Shown here piece after piece: positions 61,820 to 64,000 of a DNA stretch of 64,000 nt. The notes below the pieces were generated by a model. The model searched no databases. It had not been told where the DNA came from and saw only the letters and a list, made by a program, of their open reading frames with translations. Numbering within the stretch: position 1 is the first letter of the stretch; every line of letters starts with the position of its first letter. The DNA is taken from the sequence record KJ019152.1, one strand, 5' to 3'. The position numbers and the translations under genes were made by a program.

Positions 61820-64000
61820 ATGATCGGTACTGAGCTAGGTATTGACGTGAGAGTTAAGATTCAGGATGTGGTTTCCTCACAACTTCCTGATTATATTTTA
61901 AGTGAAGCTCCACTCACCGACGATTTTCTAAAACAGTTTTACATATCTCAGGAATACCAAGGCGGTACTGTAGATTTTGCGTCAAACCTAGATCAATACC
62001 TCTCTCTGACAACACTTGGCAGTGAGAATCTTTATACTGCCTTTGAACTTACACAAGATGTAAGTATTGATGATACTATTATTCATGTTAATACTACAAG
62101 TACCTTCCCCAACGAATGGGGTCTTCTAAAGATTGATGATGAGATTGTCACCTATACCGGTCTCACCACAAACACCTTCACTGGAGTTGTAAGAGGTTTT
62201 AGTGGCATTTCTAGTTACAGAGATTCTGATAATCCTTCCGAACTTGTATTTGAAACCACAACCGCTGCCACTCACACTACAGAAACCAATGTTGAGAATC
62301 TATCAACACTCTTCCTAAAGAATTTCTACGACAAACTCAAGTATACCTTTGCTCCTGGTTTTGAGAACCTAGAGTTCAATAGTGAAGTTAGTGTTGGTCA
62401 GTGGATTCGTCAGGCAAGATCATTCTACCAATCTAAGGGTAGTGAAGAGTCCTTCAAGATTCTATTCAGAGTATTATATGGTGAAGATCCTCTAGTTATT
62501 GATCTAGAGCAGTTCCTTATCAAACCTTCCCAAGCAGAGTACTCTAGAAGGGACTATGCGGTTGCTATTCCAGTCAGTGGTAACCCTATAACCCTCAAGG
62601 GTAAGACAGTGTATCAGAGTGATGCAGAGGACGTGTTTGGTGCCATCTCAGAGATTGAGACATTTACTAGAGATAACAAATTATATTACAGAATCTACTT
62701 CTTTGTTAGTAATGATGAAATTGCTAATGAGAGAAAACTATTCACTATCCCTGGTAGATCAAGAACACAGAGAGGATGGAATCAGGGTGACACTACAATC
62801 ACTGTAGATACTACTCTTGGGTTTAGGGATAACAACGAGTTTATCACTGAAGATGGAACTAAGTTTACTTACTTGGAAAGGACTGTTAATCAGTTCCTAG
62901 GTGTTGAATGTAGTGATACAGAGAAAACACTAGGTACTAATGAAGATATCATTGATGATATTACTATCTTTGGTATTAATGATGATGGTGAGACTGTCTC
63001 ACTACGTATGACTGGTGTTATCTCTGATATTGAGTTCCCCGATGAAGTCCCATTCACTACACCTGGGGAGAAGATATCTGTAGATACCTTAGGTGAGAAT
63101 ATCATCTCTGCTGATGTAACTAGAAGTGAGCCTACACAGAGACAGATCATTGCTAATAGTTTCATCTATAACACTTCAGTAAGAATGGAAGTAGATGAAC
63201 TCAATGGTTCTGATTTCCAAATCAATACTGCCTACTTAGATAAAGCTTTCATTTCTCCTGGTGACTCTGTTGATATTCTCCAAAGAGGCTCGCAGCTTGT
63301 CTATGTCGCTAATCGCAAAGTAACCTCAGTTGACTATCTCAATAGTATTATAACAATCAATGACTCATTTGGCATCCCTTTAGATCAATCACTTGATATC
63401 AGAAGGAATCAGAACTATGCAAAGAGTAGCACTACAGATATTGAGTATGGTCAGAACTCTGTTCTATCCAATGTTCTGAACCTTTATGATGCAACAGAGT
63501 TTGATGGTAACTTCTATGTTGCAACTAACTCCCTACCTTCCTATGATATGGAAGTTAAAGTTGTTGAGAGTATTCTTACTGGAGTTACTACTTCTAACTT
63601 TGAAGGATATAACTCATTCACTGATCAGTACTCAACAATTATCTTTGATTCTGCCACTTCATTCATAACTGGTGATCTAATTTCATATAGAGTTATCTCA
63701 GTAGAAAGAACAGGTATTCCCCTTATCACTGAAGGTGAATACTTTGTAGAGGTTCTCAGCAACCCCAGAAAGATTAAACTATATGTATCACCTTCCTTTA
63801 TTGGAAGTGATAACTTTGTTGGATTCGTATATAACGATGCAGTAGGTGCTCATGCATTCACTCTAGAGGAACAGAAAGATAGAAGAATCAATACTAAGAA
63901 TGTATTCAAGAAGATTCCCTTCACAGCAACCAAACAGAATATCACTATCCCTAGAACACCCGATGTAACCCCCTCAGGTTCCCCTGTGGCAGTTCTTACT
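61820..64000 (+). CDS. gp7: gp7-like baseplate wedge initiator / large structural protein (partial, runs off the window)
   Basis: MIGTELGIDVRVKIQDVVSSQLP..FLKQFY.SQEYQGG; later FYQSKGSEESFKILFRVLYG; follows gp6. Confidence 0.75.
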   Translation, partial: MIGTELGIDVRVKIQDVVSSQLPDYILSEAPLTDDFLKQFYISQEYQGGTVDFASNLDQYLSLTTLGSENLYTAFELTQDVSIDDTIIHVNTTSTFPNEWGLLKIDDEIVTYTGLTTNTFTGVVRGFSGISSYRDSDNPSELVFETTTAATHTTETNVENLSTLFLKNFYDKLKYTFAPGFENLEFNSEVSVGQWIRQARSFYQSKGSEESFKILFRVLYGEDPLVIDLEQFLIKPSQAEYSRRDYAVAIPVSGNPITLKGKTVYQSDAEDVFGAISEIETFTRDNKLYYRIYFFVSNDEIANERKLFTIPGRSRTQRGWNQGDTTITVDTTLGFRDNNEFITEDGTKFTYLERTVNQFLGVECSDTEKTLGTNEDIIDDITIFGINDDGETVSLRMTGVISDIEFPDEVPFTTPGEKISVDTLGENIISADVTRSEPTQRQIIANSFIYNTSVRMEVDELNGSDFQINTAYLDKAFISPGDSVDILQRGSQLVYVANRKVTSVDYLNSIITINDSFGIPLDQSLDIRRNQNYAKSSTTDIEYGQNSVLSNVLNLYDATEFDGNFYVATNSLPSYDMEVKVVESILTGVTTSNFEGYNSFTDQYSTIIFDSATSFITGDLISYRVISVERTGIPLITEGEYFVEVLSNPRKIKLYVSPSFIGSDNFVGFVYNDAVGAHAFTLEEQKDRRINTKNVFKKIPFTATKQNITIPRTPDVTPSGSPVAVLT

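Noticed and set aside
1-64000. tRNA, rRNA or tmRNA genes
   Set aside because: I recognised no cloverleaf with T-loop GTTCRA and acceptor stem by eye. tRNAscan-SE/ARAGORN would be needed to exclude them.

Overview
This 64 kb window is from a T4-like cyanophage (cyanomyovirus), with almost all genes on the + strand. (1) 1-27.2 kb holds gp32 and plastocyanin petE, then late baseplate and tail genes (gp2/gp4, gp54-like, gp48, gp53, gp26, gp51, two tape-measure-like paralogs of which one carries lysozyme and M23 domains, hub, gp5). These are followed by a collagen-like fibre, a methyltransferase/GT4/2OG-Fe(II) oxygenase triad and two long fibre proteins. (2) 27.2-56.6 kb is a hyperplastic region of small ORFs. 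It is organised by 33 copies of a ~60-bp cassette: a 24-bp dyad TGTG(A/C)CAGTT-N4-AA(C/G)TG(G/T)CACA, a 6-7 bp linker, a sigma70 -35, 17 bp and an extended -10. About 20 upstream ORFs stop inside or right at the dyad, which gives the region an integron-like or PeSL-like architecture. The region also holds two copies of a ~160-bp non-coding element with conserved block spacing, a putative R-M cassette, exported Cys-rich proteins, a CP12-like gene, a ligase-fold protein, a helicase and an apparently inactive GIY-YIG gene. (3) After a GC-rich non-coding stretch (56.6-57.0 kb) come an AbrB-like gene, conserved late ORFs, gp25, gp6 and the start of gp7. Annotations rest on motif recognition only; no database searches were run. 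I recognised no tRNA, rRNA or CRISPR array.
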